Shown here in pieces: positions 36,877 to 46,208 of a stretch of 64,000 nt of DNA. Both the position numbers and the translations under genes were made by a program. Source of the stretch: a virus. Taxonomy: Duplodnaviria > Caudoviricetes. The notes under the pieces were generated by a model, which had not been told where the DNA came from, did not search any database, and saw nothing but the letters and a program-made list of their open reading frames with translations. Position 1 is the stretch's first letter; the number at the start of each line of letters is the position of its first letter. Location: IMG/VR virus record IMGVR_UViG_3300042090_001530, positions 96,001 to 160,000 of that record, one strand, 5' to 3'.

Positions 36877-36910
36877 GACGCCCCAGCCGTACTGCTCCGG
36901 CCGGGGCGTC
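36877..36910. terminator. hairpin at convergence point of the two arms
   Basis: GACGCCCC-A-GCCG...CGGC-C-GGGGCGTC. Confidence 0.6.
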
Positions 36911-36941
36911 TGGCGGATCGCTCCGCGATGCTGCTCCCAGT

Positions 36942-37541
36942 CTACCCTCCCGCCTCGTGGCGTCCTTGCCGCAGCCCGTGCTCGTACATGGCTCTGGCGA
37001 TGCCCGCGTTGATCCCGGGCGCCGTGTCGGTGGGCACGGTGCCCATGTTGATGCTGGTCGCGATCTCCCGACTCAATCCCGGCGGCGCGGGTTCGGGCCC
37101 GGTCAGCGGCAGGAACGTGGTCGCGGCCACGGGCGTCCCGAACGTGTACTCCGGTTCCGGGAACCGCCTGCGCGGGCCGTGGATCTCCTCGATGTCGAAC
37201 AGGCAGCCGCAGGGCCGCACTTGAAACCATCCGGGCGCGGTGGCCGCTGCGGTGACGATCGTGGCGGCCTGCCCGCATCCGGGGCACGGCGGGGGTGTCT
37301 TGTGGGGTGCTGGCGCGCCGGAGGTGACTGCCTGGCAAGCCTCCTCCCACTCTTTCAGGAATCGGTTCGCGGTTGGGAACGGCAGGGTGCGATAGTGGTA
37401 GGTCCGGTGGGGCGCCTCGGGGTCGCCGTAGAGGACTTGCGAGACGATACGGTCCCGCGCCCCGGCGGGGACGCTTTCGGCGCGCAGCGCGGCCTCGAGG
37501 TCCAAGGTGAGCTTGTATAGCAGGTCTTCCGGGTCGGTCAT
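36942..37541 (-). CDS. hypothetical protein with CxxC...C-C motif
   Basis: GGGAG RBS; CPGC..PCGC. Confidence 0.55.
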   Translation of the reverse strand: MTDPEDLLYKLTLDLEAALRAESVPAGARDRIVSQVLYGDPEAPHRTYHYRTLPFPTANRFLKEWEEACQAVTSGAPAPHKTPPPCPGCGQAATIVTAAATAPGWFQVRPCGCLFDIEEIHGPRRRFPEPEYTFGTPVAATTFLPLTGPEPAPPGLSREIATSINMGTVPTDTAPGINAGIARAMYEHGLRQGRHEAGG

Positions 37542-37702
37542 CGACTCTCCCTGGTTGGCAGGAACGTGACTGCGAGTGCGACCGCGAGGGCTCCCGTCGC
37601 GATGCCGAACGTCCCGTCGCCGCTCGTGGCCCATCGCCACGACAACACGATGATCGCACCCGCATGGGAAGCACGGACCGCCCAGAGGCGCCAGCCGGTC
37701 AT
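37538..37702 (-). CDS. small membrane protein
   Basis: 54 aa, ATGA overlaps both sides, hydrophobic. Confidence 0.45.
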   Translation of the reverse strand: MTGWRLWAVRASHAGAIIVLSWRWATSGDGTFGIATGALAVALAVTFLPTRESR

Positions 37703-38025
37703 GTGCCGATCCCCTTCCAGTCAGCTTCGTCCGCCGCCCGCTCGGCCGCCTGGAGCGCTTCGACATCCTTGCTGGCGAGCGGCTTGTCGTCCACGGTGAT
37801 CTGCGTGAACTCGGCGGTCTCGCTCGACTCGCCGCAGTAGTGGAAGTTCGGGCCGCGACGGGTGAGCGGGTTTGCGTCCGCGCGGAACACGAGCCGGCCG
37901 TCTTCGACCGACCAAGCGCCCGTGAGCCTGTTCGCGAACCCGCAGTGCCCGCATTCGGCGAGCGGGTTGTCGATCTCCAGCAGGTTCCGGCGCGCCTTGC
38001 GCCACGCGTCCCAACCGCTAGCCAT
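37699..38025 (-). CDS. hypothetical zinc-binding protein
   Basis: AAGGAG RBS; CGHC. Confidence 0.6.
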   Translation of the reverse strand: MASGWDAWRKARRNLLEIDNPLAECGHCGFANRLTGAWSVEDGRLVFRADANPLTRRGPNFHYCGESSETAEFTQITVDDKPLASKDVEALQAAERAADEADWKGIGT

Positions 38026-38242
38026 CGTGGGTCTCCTTCCGGAACGCAGCGCTTTCCCATGCATACCCGAGCGCGGTACCCAGCAGCACGCAGGCCGGGA
38101 TCGCTAGGGCGCCGGCAAGCCGATGGTGCAGGTGCGGGAGGGTGAAGGCGGCGCTCTCCGCGCCGGCCCATCCCAGTGTCACGCCGAGGTAGTAACGCCA
38201 GGGGCGGCGCGTGAACCGCAAGCGTCGGCGCCGGTCAGCCAC
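38018..38242 (-). CDS. small two-TM protein
   Basis: 8-nt overlaps, hydrophobic segments. Confidence 0.5.
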   Translation of the reverse strand: MADRRRRLRFTRRPWRYYLGVTLGWAGAESAAFTLPHLHHRLAGALAIPACVLLGTALGYAWESAAFRKETHDG

Positions 38243-38744
38243 CGTCCACCTCGATCTCCAGCGCACCGGCGATGGCACGCCGCATGTCGTCGGCTGCGGC
38301 CCGGTACCCGCGCTGCTGCTCGTTCGCGTCGGTGTCGTCGTCGATGCGGGTCGCGTCGAGGACGCCGAGGATCGTCGCCATGATCGTGGGCCACTCGTCC
38401 CAACTGTCGGCGTCTTCTAGCCAGTCCTTCACTCGGACACGGAACGCGTCCTCGCGAGCCGCGGCAACGTAGTCGCCGCTCGGCCCGCGCACACCCCGGA
38501 CCGTGCCGTCGTGGACGAGCGTGACGCGGTCGTTCATGCCGAGGGGCAGCCGCAGAGTGACCTCCACGGTGGGCGCCGGCGTCGGGGTGACCACCTCCAT
38601 CGGCGCGGGCCGCGACAGGTGCTTCGGCAATGGGAGATCGCGGCGCACATCGCAGCCGACAAGGTGGCCGAACAGCGGCGCCGGCTCGCCGTCCACGAGC
38701 AGCGTGCCGTGGTCGCCGCTGAGGCTGATCACGAACTCAGTCAC
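38235..38744 (-). CDS. hypothetical protein
   Basis: GGGAGG RBS; ends RRAIAGALEIE. Confidence 0.55.
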   Translation of the reverse strand: MTEFVISLSGDHGTLLVDGEPAPLFGHLVGCDVRRDLPLPKHLSRPAPMEVVTPTPAPTVEVTLRLPLGMNDRVTLVHDGTVRGVRGPSGDYVAAAREDAFRVRVKDWLEDADSWDEWPTIMATILGVLDATRIDDDTDANEQQRGYRAAADDMRRAIAGALEIEVDGG

Positions 38745-39087
38745 GGGCACCTCCCGGTAGGGCGTGGTGCCCGCAGTCCTCGCAGCAGAGTCCCTCATGG
38801 TTGCCGTTCGCGTCGGTTGTGTACTCGGGCTCATCGGCCGAGATCTCGCATTCCCGGTAAGGCGTTCCGCACGTGGAGCACGGGCCGAGGACGTCGGGCT
38901 CTTCGATTCCGAGCGCGTCCGCGACTGCTTCGAGCGTCTCGCAGTGCTGCTCGTCGAGCACCGCGAGCAGCGCGTCGTACGCCCGCGAGATCCACTGGTT
39001 CACCACCTCCGCGCGGCTGCATTCGGCGGCGCCCAGCACGGGTCCTTCGTTCATCCACGCGCGGATCCGCGACGCAACGTCAGGCAC
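38737..39087 (-). CDS. DUF6221-related paralog
   Basis: RIRAWM...ALLAVLDEQHCETLEAVADALGIE. Confidence 0.55.
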   Translation of the reverse strand: MPDVASRIRAWMNEGPVLGAAECSRAEVVNQWISRAYDALLAVLDEQHCETLEAVADALGIEEPDVLGPCSTCGTPYRECEISADEPEYTTDANGNHEGLCCEDCGHHALPGGARD

Positions 39088-39373
39088 CGTCGAGCTCGAT
39101 CCCGAGCGCGCGGGCGATGTCCGTCACGGTCTCACACCAGCCGAGGCCGTTAAGGTCCCTGCTGCCGCGCATCGACGCGTGGCACCTGCCGCAGCCGAAG
39201 TCGTGCGGCCAGCCGAGCGTCTCGACGTGGCGGCCACTCCCGTCTGTCGCGTGGAAGTGCGGATGCTTCTTCAGGACGGAAAGGATCGCTTCGATCAGCG
39301 GGCCGTTACCGTTCTCGGCGAACCGCTTCGGGTCGTCGAGCCGCTCACAGATCTGCGCGGTCAAGTCAGCCAT
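39080..39373 (-). CDS. DUF6221-related paralog
   Basis: MADLTAQICERL...AILSVLKKH...C..C...CETVTDIARALGIE. Confidence 0.55.
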   Translation of the reverse strand: MADLTAQICERLDDPKRFAENGNGPLIEAILSVLKKHPHFHATDGSGRHVETLGWPHDFGCGRCHASMRGSRDLNGLGWCETVTDIARALGIELDGA

Positions 39374-39884
39374 CGATCCTCCACCCCGTCTTGAATCCAC
39401 GACGACCGGCATACCCGGCCGCGATACAGCGCAGGACCGCGAGCCGGCGCTCATCGAGTGCGCAGCTGCATCGGATACCGGACCTCAGGTCGTCCCAACA
39501 GCCCGAGCCGGGCACCGGAGCCGGCGCTTCAGGGTCAATGGCGAGACCGCACGAGAAGTAGCCGTCGTCGGCGTTGTGCGCATGCTGCCAGCCGGCCACG
39601 TGGTCGAGGAGCGCCCGCTTCCCAGCGATGTCCGCGAGCACGTTGGCCACGTCGTGCCGTGCGATGTGCCGGGCGACGCCTTCATCGGAGGAGGCTTCGG
39701 CCCGGACCTCGACCACTCGGTCTTCGAGGGAGTCGACGACGTACCAGCACTGTGGCGGTGTCCCGTAGCCTGGATGGCAGGTCCACTCGTTCGCGTCGTC
39801 GTGCCAGGATGCGTTGCGGGCGAGCGTCCCGTCTTCATCGAGCCAGGCCCGAAGCTGGGCGTCGAGTTCTTCGTAGTCACTCAT
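39366..39884 (-). CDS. DUF6221-like protein
   Basis: LRAWLDED...ARHIARHDVANVLADIAGKRALL...IAAGYAGRRGFKTGW. Confidence 0.75.
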   Translation of the reverse strand: MSDYEELDAQLRAWLDEDGTLARNASWHDDANEWTCHPGYGTPPQCWYVVDSLEDRVVEVRAEASSDEGVARHIARHDVANVLADIAGKRALLDHVAGWQHAHNADDGYFSCGLAIDPEAPAPVPGSGCWDDLRSGIRCSCALDERRLAVLRCIAAGYAGRRGFKTGWRIDG

Positions 39885-40413
39885 GGTCAGACGCCCCGAT
39901 CCCCAGCTTCTCTGCGATCACGCGCACGGTCGGGCACGGCGCGTCCTCGTGGTACCAGAGCAACTCGCCGTAACTCGAGATACTCTCCTCGTCCACGCAG
40001 TACGCGCACTCGCCGTCGACCTTGGGTTTGTGCAGTTCGAGCGCGGCGAGGATCGCGTCACGCATCTGCTCGAAGCCCGGGTAGGCCAGCGGCCCGGGTG
40101 GGAGCACCCTGAGCGGCCGGAAGGCCGCGCCCTCCGCGAGCAGCTTTTCCCGTGCCTGCTGCCAGTGTTCGATCTCTTCGGGCGTAGCGGGCGCCGCTGG
40201 GGGCTGAAATTCGGCGGGGCACCCGATCGTGTAATTCGATGAGCGCGGTGCCCGTCGCGGACCTTCAGGGATGCCGTTGATCCGGAGGTCTTCGAACTCG
40301 GCCCGGAACTTGTCCCGCTGCTCCTCCGTCCAGTCTTCAGGGAACGAGAACTCGAACGGCGCGGGCGTCCAGCTGTCGAGCCGTTGGCGGATCTGCCGGC
40401 TCAGGTCAGCCAT
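39877..40413 (-). CDS. DUF6221-related paralog
   Basis: AILAALELH...CAYC...APCPTVRVIAEKLGI. Confidence 0.55.
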   Translation of the reverse strand: MADLSRQIRQRLDSWTPAPFEFSFPEDWTEEQRDKFRAEFEDLRINGIPEGPRRAPRSSNYTIGCPAEFQPPAAPATPEEIEHWQQAREKLLAEGAAFRPLRVLPPGPLAYPGFEQMRDAILAALELHKPKVDGECAYCVDEESISSYGELLWYHEDAPCPTVRVIAEKLGIGASDHE

Positions 40414-40596
40414 CGGTCCTCTTCTCGGGGTGGCCTGGCGCGCTCGTGTTCCACCAGGTGATTGCTTCGTTGACCGTGCGGTTCGTCATCGGCTGGCGGC
40501 CGAGCGCCGGGAACTCGCGCAGCCATGCCTCGTACAGCGGATGTGCCGCTCGCCCGGCCCTTCGCTAGCGCGCAGGTACGGCACGCCGTCAGCCAT
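40406..40596 (-). pseudogene. possibly frameshifted small gene
   Basis: MADGVPYLRASEGPG in one frame, HPLYEAWLREFP...KRTDG* in another; one extra base near 40550 would join them. Confidence 0.3.
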
Positions 40597-40765
40597 CGGT
40601 CACTACCTCCCTCTTTGCCCAGTGGAGCCGTTCGAGGATGTCGAGCACTCTCAGCGTGATCTCGGCGACGTGCCGCTGGTCTTCCTGGGTCGGGAGCACG
40701 TACGCGATCTCGTCGAGCAGCGCGTCGCGCAGTTCCTTCTCGGCGGGGGTCCAACCCTCAGGCAT
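40589..40765 (-). CDS. hypothetical protein
   Basis: 8-nt overlaps. Confidence 0.5.
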   Translation of the reverse strand: MPEGWTPAEKELRDALLDEIAYVLPTQEDQRHVAEITLRVLDILERLHWAKREVVTDG

Positions 40766-41234
40766 CCAGGCTCCAAGTCTCGTCGAATTCGGCATGTGAG
40801 GCGTACGTCGCGACGTCTAGGTTGAGCACCTTGCAGATGGTGTCGAAGGTGCCGAGCGCACGCTCGTACTGCTGGACAGATCCGGCCCTGCTCATCTCGT
40901 CGGTGGCGGCGGCGCCCTTTCTGCGGGCGTCGCTCATCTGGTCGAGGCTTTCCCGCCAGATCTCAAGGTGGCGCCGCTTGGCTGCGATCTCGGCCAGCAC
41001 CCGCGGCGGATGGTTCGCGGCAATGAATTCGGCCACCGGCCGGCTCGGCATGCGCCCTATGTCGTAGGCGCCGCCACGGCCGGTCGGATTGGGCGCGAAG
41101 ACCCCGACCCATTGCAGGGTGCCGATCAAGTTCTCGGAGGCGCCCCACGGGCGCTGGGCTTCGGGCGGCAACGCGAAGATCGCGGCTTCGTGCTCATCCA
41201 GTCGCGCCTGGAGGAAGGCGGGGAGATCAGGCAT
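40758..41234 (-). CDS. DUF6221-like protein
   Basis: LPAFLQARLDEHE...EFIAANHPPRVLAEIAAKR...ATYASHAEFDETW. Confidence 0.8.
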   Translation of the reverse strand: MPDLPAFLQARLDEHEAAIFALPPEAQRPWGASENLIGTLQWVGVFAPNPTGRGGAYDIGRMPSRPVAEFIAANHPPRVLAEIAAKRRHLEIWRESLDQMSDARRKGAAATDEMSRAGSVQQYERALGTFDTICKVLNLDVATYASHAEFDETWSLDA

Positions 41235-41643
41235 CGATCCTCCATGCCGGGTCGAAGTCGGGGTGCTCGGTATACGGTGCGGCGAGCCGTAGCAGCACGC
41301 TCCAGGCGGTGGAGCAGCCCATGCGCAACTCGACGGTGCATACCTCGACGATCGCCCGCTTGGCCGCGATGTCGGCGAGCACGCGGGCCGGATCCCAGTA
41401 GGCGATGTGGGCCGCGATGCCCCGGTCGGGGCGCATTTGGCCGATGCCCATCTCCGACCGGTCGGTGACCCAGATCGCGGCGGGCACTGCCCCTTCCTCG
41501 TGCTCGGAGGGCACCCACTCCTCCACCTGCCACACGGCCGTGTCGCCCGGCTCTTGCGGGCCGAGGTGTGGTTTCGCGGCCCACTCGGCGAGCCGCTGCT
41601 CTTCATTCAGCCGCGTGGTCAGGAACTCGACCAGGTCAGGCAT
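41227..41643 (-). CDS. DUF6221-like protein
   Basis: LVEFLTTRLNEE...HIAYWDPARVLADIAAKRAIV...LAAPYTEHPDFDPAW. Confidence 0.85.
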   Translation of the reverse strand: MPDLVEFLTTRLNEEQRLAEWAAKPHLGPQEPGDTAVWQVEEWVPSEHEEGAVPAAIWVTDRSEMGIGQMRPDRGIAAHIAYWDPARVLADIAAKRAIVEVCTVELRMGCSTAWSVLLRLAAPYTEHPDFDPAWRIDA

Positions 41644-42121
41644 CGGCCCGCTCCGCTCCGATCGGCGAATGCAGCAACTCCCGCAGACGCGCAAGAAGTT
41701 GCTCGTTCTCGACCCGGAGTTGCGTGGCGCCCTCGGTTCTGTCCGCCCACCTGAGCTCACGCTCCCACGCGGGCTCGACCTCGGACGGTTCGCCACCGAG
41801 GAACGTGCCGCGTGCGGTGACGGCGCACAGCCAGCTCAGGGCATCTTTCATCTCGCCAGCGGTGGGCGGCTCGTCCATCTGGTCAAGGTGCAGGATCCGC
41901 ATGAGGGTGGCAGTGTCCTCGGCAGGCCATCTTGCGTAGCCCATCCCGTCGCCTGGGTCTTCCTTTTCGACCTGTTCGGCGTTGAGCAGGTAGTACAGGT
42001 GGCGGAAGAACTTCTCGGCGATGTCCCGCTGCCGGTTGGCGTATCCACGCAGGGCGGACGCTTTCATGAAGTCGCTGAACTTGTCGGTTGGGCTACGGGG
42101 ATCGATGTCCGCGTCAGTCAC
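41636..42121 (-). CDS. hypothetical protein
   Basis: coupled ORF. Confidence 0.55.
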   Translation of the reverse strand: MTDADIDPRSPTDKFSDFMKASALRGYANRQRDIAEKFFRHLYYLLNAEQVEKEDPGDGMGYARWPAEDTATLMRILHLDQMDEPPTAGEMKDALSWLCAVTARGTFLGGEPSEVEPAWERELRWADRTEGATQLRVENEQLLARLRELLHSPIGAERADA

Positions 42122-42426
42122 TTGCGCCCTCTTCTCGGCGCGTCGCGGAGCACCGTGTGCGGCTGAACGAGGCTGATTATGTTGCCGAAGATGAGGTCTC
42201 CCAGCCAGCCGCCCGTCAAGTGATACTCGAGCGCATACGCCTTCAACCGCTCGCGGGCGAGCCACGTCTCATCGTCGACCGCGCCGCCCAGTTCGTAGAT
42301 CCTGGCTGCGGTCCACAACCTGTCGAACTCGTCCCCGCCGCGCGGGGGCGCTTCTATGGAGACGCCAGCATCGGCTGCGGCACGCAGCACGCTCGCGGCC
42401 ACGTCGGGCCTCAGGGTGCCGCTCAC
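42118..42426 (-). CDS. hypothetical protein
   Basis: AAGGA RBS, GTGA overlaps. Confidence 0.5.
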   Translation of the reverse strand: MSGTLRPDVAASVLRAAADAGVSIEAPPRGGDEFDRLWTAARIYELGGAVDDETWLARERLKAYALEYHLTGGWLGDLIFGNIISLVQPHTVLRDAPRRGRK

Positions 42427-42599
42427 GGCCGGTCCTTCCGGTGCGGGCTGTCGAGCCGGACGTGCCCGTCGTCGAGCGGCCACGGCCAAGGGCACGTGCA
42501 GCCCTCGGGCGCCCACTGTGCGCGGGCGGTCGGGTGGCCGTCCTGTTCGTCGGCTTCGACGATCCGGGTGACGACGGAGGCGAGGATCGCGTCGGTCAC
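42423..42599 (-). CDS. small hypothetical protein
   Basis: GTGA overlaps. Confidence 0.4.
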   Translation of the reverse strand: MTDAILASVVTRIVEADEQDGHPTARAQWAPEGCTCPWPWPLDDGHVRLDSPHRKDRP

Positions 42600-42769
42600 G
42601 GGATCATGCGCCGGCGGCTGGGCAGCTTGCCGTGCAGGTACGACGGGCACGTGTGAGGCGACCGGTGGATGAACGTGCCAGACTCGTGCTGGTAGCAGCC
42701 GGTCGGCCGTTCCGGCGTCTCGGGCGCGTTGCTCTCGGCGGTCTGCGTGTCGGTGGTTTCGTCGCTCAT
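42596..42769 (-). CDS. small His/Cys-motif protein
   Basis: GAGGAG RBS; GCYQHESGTFIHRSPHTCP. Confidence 0.55.
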   Translation of the reverse strand: MSDETTDTQTAESNAPETPERPTGCYQHESGTFIHRSPHTCPSYLHGKLPSRRRMIP

Positions 42770-42791
42770 TGAGACTCCTCGGGTGAACTGG

Positions 42792-43868
42792 TCATTCGTG
42801 CATCCATGGCGGGCAGGAGTGGGGACGCCCATGGATCCAAGATCCATCTACGTGTCGACACCCCGACAGGAACCGCTCGCGTGGCACGGTGGGCATCCGC
42901 ACCCTTGGCGGCGACGGTTGGCGCGCGCTCAACGGCTTCTCGATCTCGACATCCAACTCTCGGGCGATCGCGATCAGGGTTCGGTCCATCGTGAACGGCA
43001 CGTCGCAGGCGTAGCAACTATGCATGATGCCGTCGTTGTCGTGCTCGTCAACTACGGCCGTGACCGCCCGGAGCAGCATGCTGACAGTTGGCTCGTTGCC
43101 GTATTCCAGGCCGTCTTCCAGTTCGGCGAGGCGCTTGCGGATTACGGCTGGCGGCGTAGGCCCGTCGGCTTGCGCGTCGTCGTCTACGCTGTCCGGCTCG
43201 GGCACGGCCGCCATCATGGGGGCTCTCATCCCCGACTTGGCCGGGGCGTCGGCGTTGAAACTCGACTTCACGCCGAGCGCCTCATGCACGAGCGCGGCCA
43301 TGCTCAGGTCCGGGTCGGACGGGGTGCCGTACATGACGATGTTCGACAGGGTCTTGTTCACCGCGTCGCTGGCAGCCCGCTGGACGAGCCGCGCGGCTCG
43401 TTTCGCACTCGGGTTGTCGATCTCGGCTTGGAGTTCCCGGTTGCGTTCGCGGGCGCGGGCGAGTTCCGCGCGCGCCGCCCCGATCTTCGTGGCCATCTCG
43501 CCGTAGGTTCGCTGGTGGCCTTTGATGCGCCGTTGCAGGCTGTCGATCTGCTCGAGCACCCAATCTTCGTGGTATCCCCATTGGTTCAACCAGGGCCATG
43601 CGCCGACGTCGCGGTCGGTCAGCCGGTCCCCCTGCTTAAGATCGGGACCGTGGGAGGTGTCGGCGCAGTCGGGCGGGCAGCCTGCGTAGACGACGATCCA
43701 GGAGAGCGGCGGGAGGGGCTTGAGCGGGTCAGCGACGGCGATGATGTGCCCGCCGTTGGAGCGGCGCACGATCGGCCGGCCGTGCTTGTCCAGGTTCGAC
43801 GGGTGGAGCGGGGCAGGGCCGAGGAGCCCTTCGAAGGTGAGTGGCGGTTGCTGCTGATTGTCTGGCAT
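42792..43868 (-). CDS. multi-domain hypothetical protein
   Basis: coiled coil, DUF6221-related C-terminal segment, terminal GCRHVDGSWIHGRPHSCP. Confidence 0.6.
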   Translation of the reverse strand: MPDNQQQPPLTFEGLLGPAPLHPSNLDKHGRPIVRRSNGGHIIAVADPLKPLPPLSWIVVYAGCPPDCADTSHGPDLKQGDRLTDRDVGAWPWLNQWGYHEDWVLEQIDSLQRRIKGHQRTYGEMATKIGAARAELARARERNRELQAEIDNPSAKRAARLVQRAASDAVNKTLSNIVMYGTPSDPDLSMAALVHEALGVKSSFNADAPAKSGMRAPMMAAVPEPDSVDDDAQADGPTPPAVIRKRLAELEDGLEYGNEPTVSMLLRAVTAVVDEHDNDGIMHSCYACDVPFTMDRTLIAIARELDVEIEKPLSARQPSPPRVRMPTVPRERFLSGCRHVDGSWIHGRPHSCPPWMHE

Positions 43869-43870
43869 GG

Positions 43871-44485
43871 TCACAGTCCCGTGATGATGTTCGAGATGAT
43901 GCCGGTCGGCGCGGTCGTGAACGGCGCGGTGAACATGCTGGAGCGGTAGAACTCGGCGAACCGGTCGACCGTAGGCAGCTTGATGATCTCGAGGTCCCGC
44001 GTGGTGTCGTCGTCGTAGACGAGCCGTAGATGCCGGGCGGCTATGTCGTTGTCCTCGATGACCGGCACGCCCGTGAATGCCGCGGCGCACAGCGGCCCAG
44101 GCTCGGCTTTCGGGAGCGCCGCAGCCAGGTAGGTGACGACGAACCAAGAGCCGCGGAGTTCCCGCAGGACCGGGCCGTGCGCGGCCCGGTGGCGTGCGAG
44201 CCGGTCGAGGAGTTCCGCGGTCGACGGCGGCGCGTCGGGGATGACGTACGACTCGGGCTCGCGGTCGAGCATGATCTCGGCGTACCCGCACACGTACTCG
44301 GTCGCGGCCTGGTCGATGACGGCCTGCGGGTCGGTCGGTGGCCAGACCCGCCACTCGATCGGTTCGCCGGCTGCGGCGGCCTGCATGGCGCGGACGAATC
44401 GCGCCTCGACGTTGAGCCGCCAGATCAGCCGCTCGAACTTGTCGAGCAGCAGCCGGCGGCGCTCGCGGTCCTCAGCGGTCAGCAC
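43871..44485 (-). CDS. hypothetical protein
   Basis: high-GC3 ORF in operon. Confidence 0.55.
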   Translation of the reverse strand: MLTAEDRERRRLLLDKFERLIWRLNVEARFVRAMQAAAAGEPIEWRVWPPTDPQAVIDQAATEYVCGYAEIMLDREPESYVIPDAPPSTAELLDRLARHRAAHGPVLRELRGSWFVVTYLAAALPKAEPGPLCAAAFTGVPVIEDNDIAARHLRLVYDDDTTRDLEIIKLPTVDRFAEFYRSSMFTAPFTTAPTGIISNIITGL

Positions 44486-44898
44486 TTCAGCTCGCTCATC
44501 GCCTTGAGGCAATCATGTCGGCCCTCGCCCTTCCGCTCGGGACAGCCACAGCGCTGGCACAGCGGCCACGCATGCTCGATCGGGCCGTCCTCGCCCCAGA
44601 CGATGACGGTCGGGTAACGGTCGTACTCGTCGGTCTGATAGCTGAGGACGGTGCCGCGCGGCCACGATTCGGCTTGGATCGCATCGAGCACGCCGAGGTT
44701 CAGCCGGTTGACCGCGATGTGGAACACGATCGAGTTCGAGGCGCGCGTGCCCGTGTTCTCGACCGGCTCGGGCCGGTACGCCTCGGTGCCGCCGCCGAAG
44801 AATCCGATCGGGTACCGCTCGAAGATGTCGGCGAACCTGTCCGCGTGACCGTTGAACGTGGCTGGGATCACGAACACGACGTCAGTGATAGTGCTCAC
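44479..44898 (-). CDS. hypothetical protein
   Basis: coupled ORF. Confidence 0.55.
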   Translation of the reverse strand: MSTITDVVFVIPATFNGHADRFADIFERYPIGFFGGGTEAYRPEPVENTGTRASNSIVFHIAVNRLNLGVLDAIQAESWPRGTVLSYQTDEYDRYPTVIVWGEDGPIEHAWPLCQRCGCPERKGEGRHDCLKAMSELKC

Positions 44899-45350
44899 CG
44901 ATCACCCCCGGGGACGTCGCGACCCGGCAGCTCGCCGAGCAGTCCTTGCATCGTCCGCTCGACCAGCGCCGCGAACTCGGCCGGGTCGGACGTCATGACT
45001 TGGGCGTAGACGTCGGCGTCGGCGGTTCGGGACTTGCGGCGCAGCGTGTTACGGAACGGCTCGGACACGAGCACGATGCGCGGAGGCTTCCAGTCGAGCG
45101 GCCAGACCTCCCAGCCGCACGTGTCCTCGATCGCCTCGACGAGCATGTTGTAGGCCTCGGCGTCCATCCAGCCTTCGCCGGTTAGTAGCCAGTACACGTG
45201 GCCGTCATGGCACGACTCGTAGACTTCGCGGACGTTGGTGGGGTTGTCCGGGTCGATGCCGCACTGCTCGAGGAACCCGCGGCCCCAGCCAGGCTCGGGC
45301 GGCCATTGGTCAGGATCGGCATAGGCGGGCTGGGGGATCGCGTCGGTCAC
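44895..45350 (-). CDS. hypothetical protein
   Basis: GTGA overlaps. Confidence 0.55.
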   Translation of the reverse strand: MTDAIPQPAYADPDQWPPEPGWGRGFLEQCGIDPDNPTNVREVYESCHDGHVYWLLTGEGWMDAEAYNMLVEAIEDTCGWEVWPLDWKPPRIVLVSEPFRNTLRRKSRTADADVYAQVMTSDPAEFAALVERTMQGLLGELPGRDVPGGDR

Positions 45351-45853
45351 CGCGCCACCTGCTTGTTGTCGAGCGCGTCGCGCACCTCGTCGACGTTGAA
45401 TCGTCGGTGCCCGCCGAGCGTCCAACTGTGCGGGATCCTGCCCTGGCGGGCGTACGAGCCGACTACCGACGCCCCGACGCCGAGAGCCTTAGCAACCTCT
45501 GCTGCAGTCGCACGGCGGTCCACGTGCGCGGCCGGGGGCGGCTGTGGAGTCTCGGACAGTAGGGCGCGGAGCCGGATGACTTCCGTGAACCACTCCTCCA
45601 GCGCGTGTGTCTCGAGGTGCTCGCGCAGAATGCCCTCGACGCGCATCACTTCGGCGCGGACAGTGGCGTAGACCATGGCCCCCATCGGGTCGCCGTCGTA
45701 TTCGGCGAGCGGGGTCGCGTCCGGCTCGACGAACGCCGGAGTGGCCCAGTCGTCCAACCCCGACGGCTTGTCAAAATGCCAGCCGCAGGCTTCGATCGGG
45801 CATTGGCGGCAGGTCGCGACCCCGGGCGGGTGCACATACGTCTCGTCAAGCAC
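45347..45853 (-). CDS. protein with C-terminal MerR/excisionase-like HTH (BldC/HTH_17 type)
   Basis: TAAEVAKALGVGASVVGSYARQGRIPHSWTLGGHRRFNVDEV. Confidence 0.7.
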   Translation of the reverse strand: MLDETYVHPPGVATCRQCPIEACGWHFDKPSGLDDWATPAFVEPDATPLAEYDGDPMGAMVYATVRAEVMRVEGILREHLETHALEEWFTEVIRLRALLSETPQPPPAAHVDRRATAAEVAKALGVGASVVGSYARQGRIPHSWTLGGHRRFNVDEVRDALDNKQVAR

Positions 45854-46208
45854 GGGCCCACCCCGCTGCAATAAGGAGCTCGCGGGCGTCGCCACGGCTA
45901 TCGGTCCACCACGGCTCGCGGCCCAGCAGCTTGTAGCAGTCGCTAAGGACGCCGGGCTCGGCCTTCGGCGGGTCGATCCACATGCCGCGCAGGACGACGA
46001 CCGGCTCGAGTCTGAACCCGATCCGCCGCCAGTAGACGTGCTCGACGTGCCAAAGCTGGCCCTCACCGTCCTCGTCCGGATCAACCCATAATGGGACGCG
46101 GTTGCCCGGCGTCGGCAGGAAGTCCGCTACGAGATCGAGCGTGTAGAGATCGAGGTCTTGGCTCTCGCCGCTGTATACGGCTAGGGATAGCCGCACGATG
46201 CCGGACAT
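45846..46208 (-). CDS. hypothetical protein
   Basis: GGAGG RBS. Confidence 0.55.
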   Translation of the reverse strand: MSGIVRLSLAVYSGESQDLDLYTLDLVADFLPTPGNRVPLWVDPDEDGEGQLWHVEHVYWRRIGFRLEPVVVLRGMWIDPPKAEPGVLSDCYKLLGREPWWTDSRGDARELLIAAGWARA

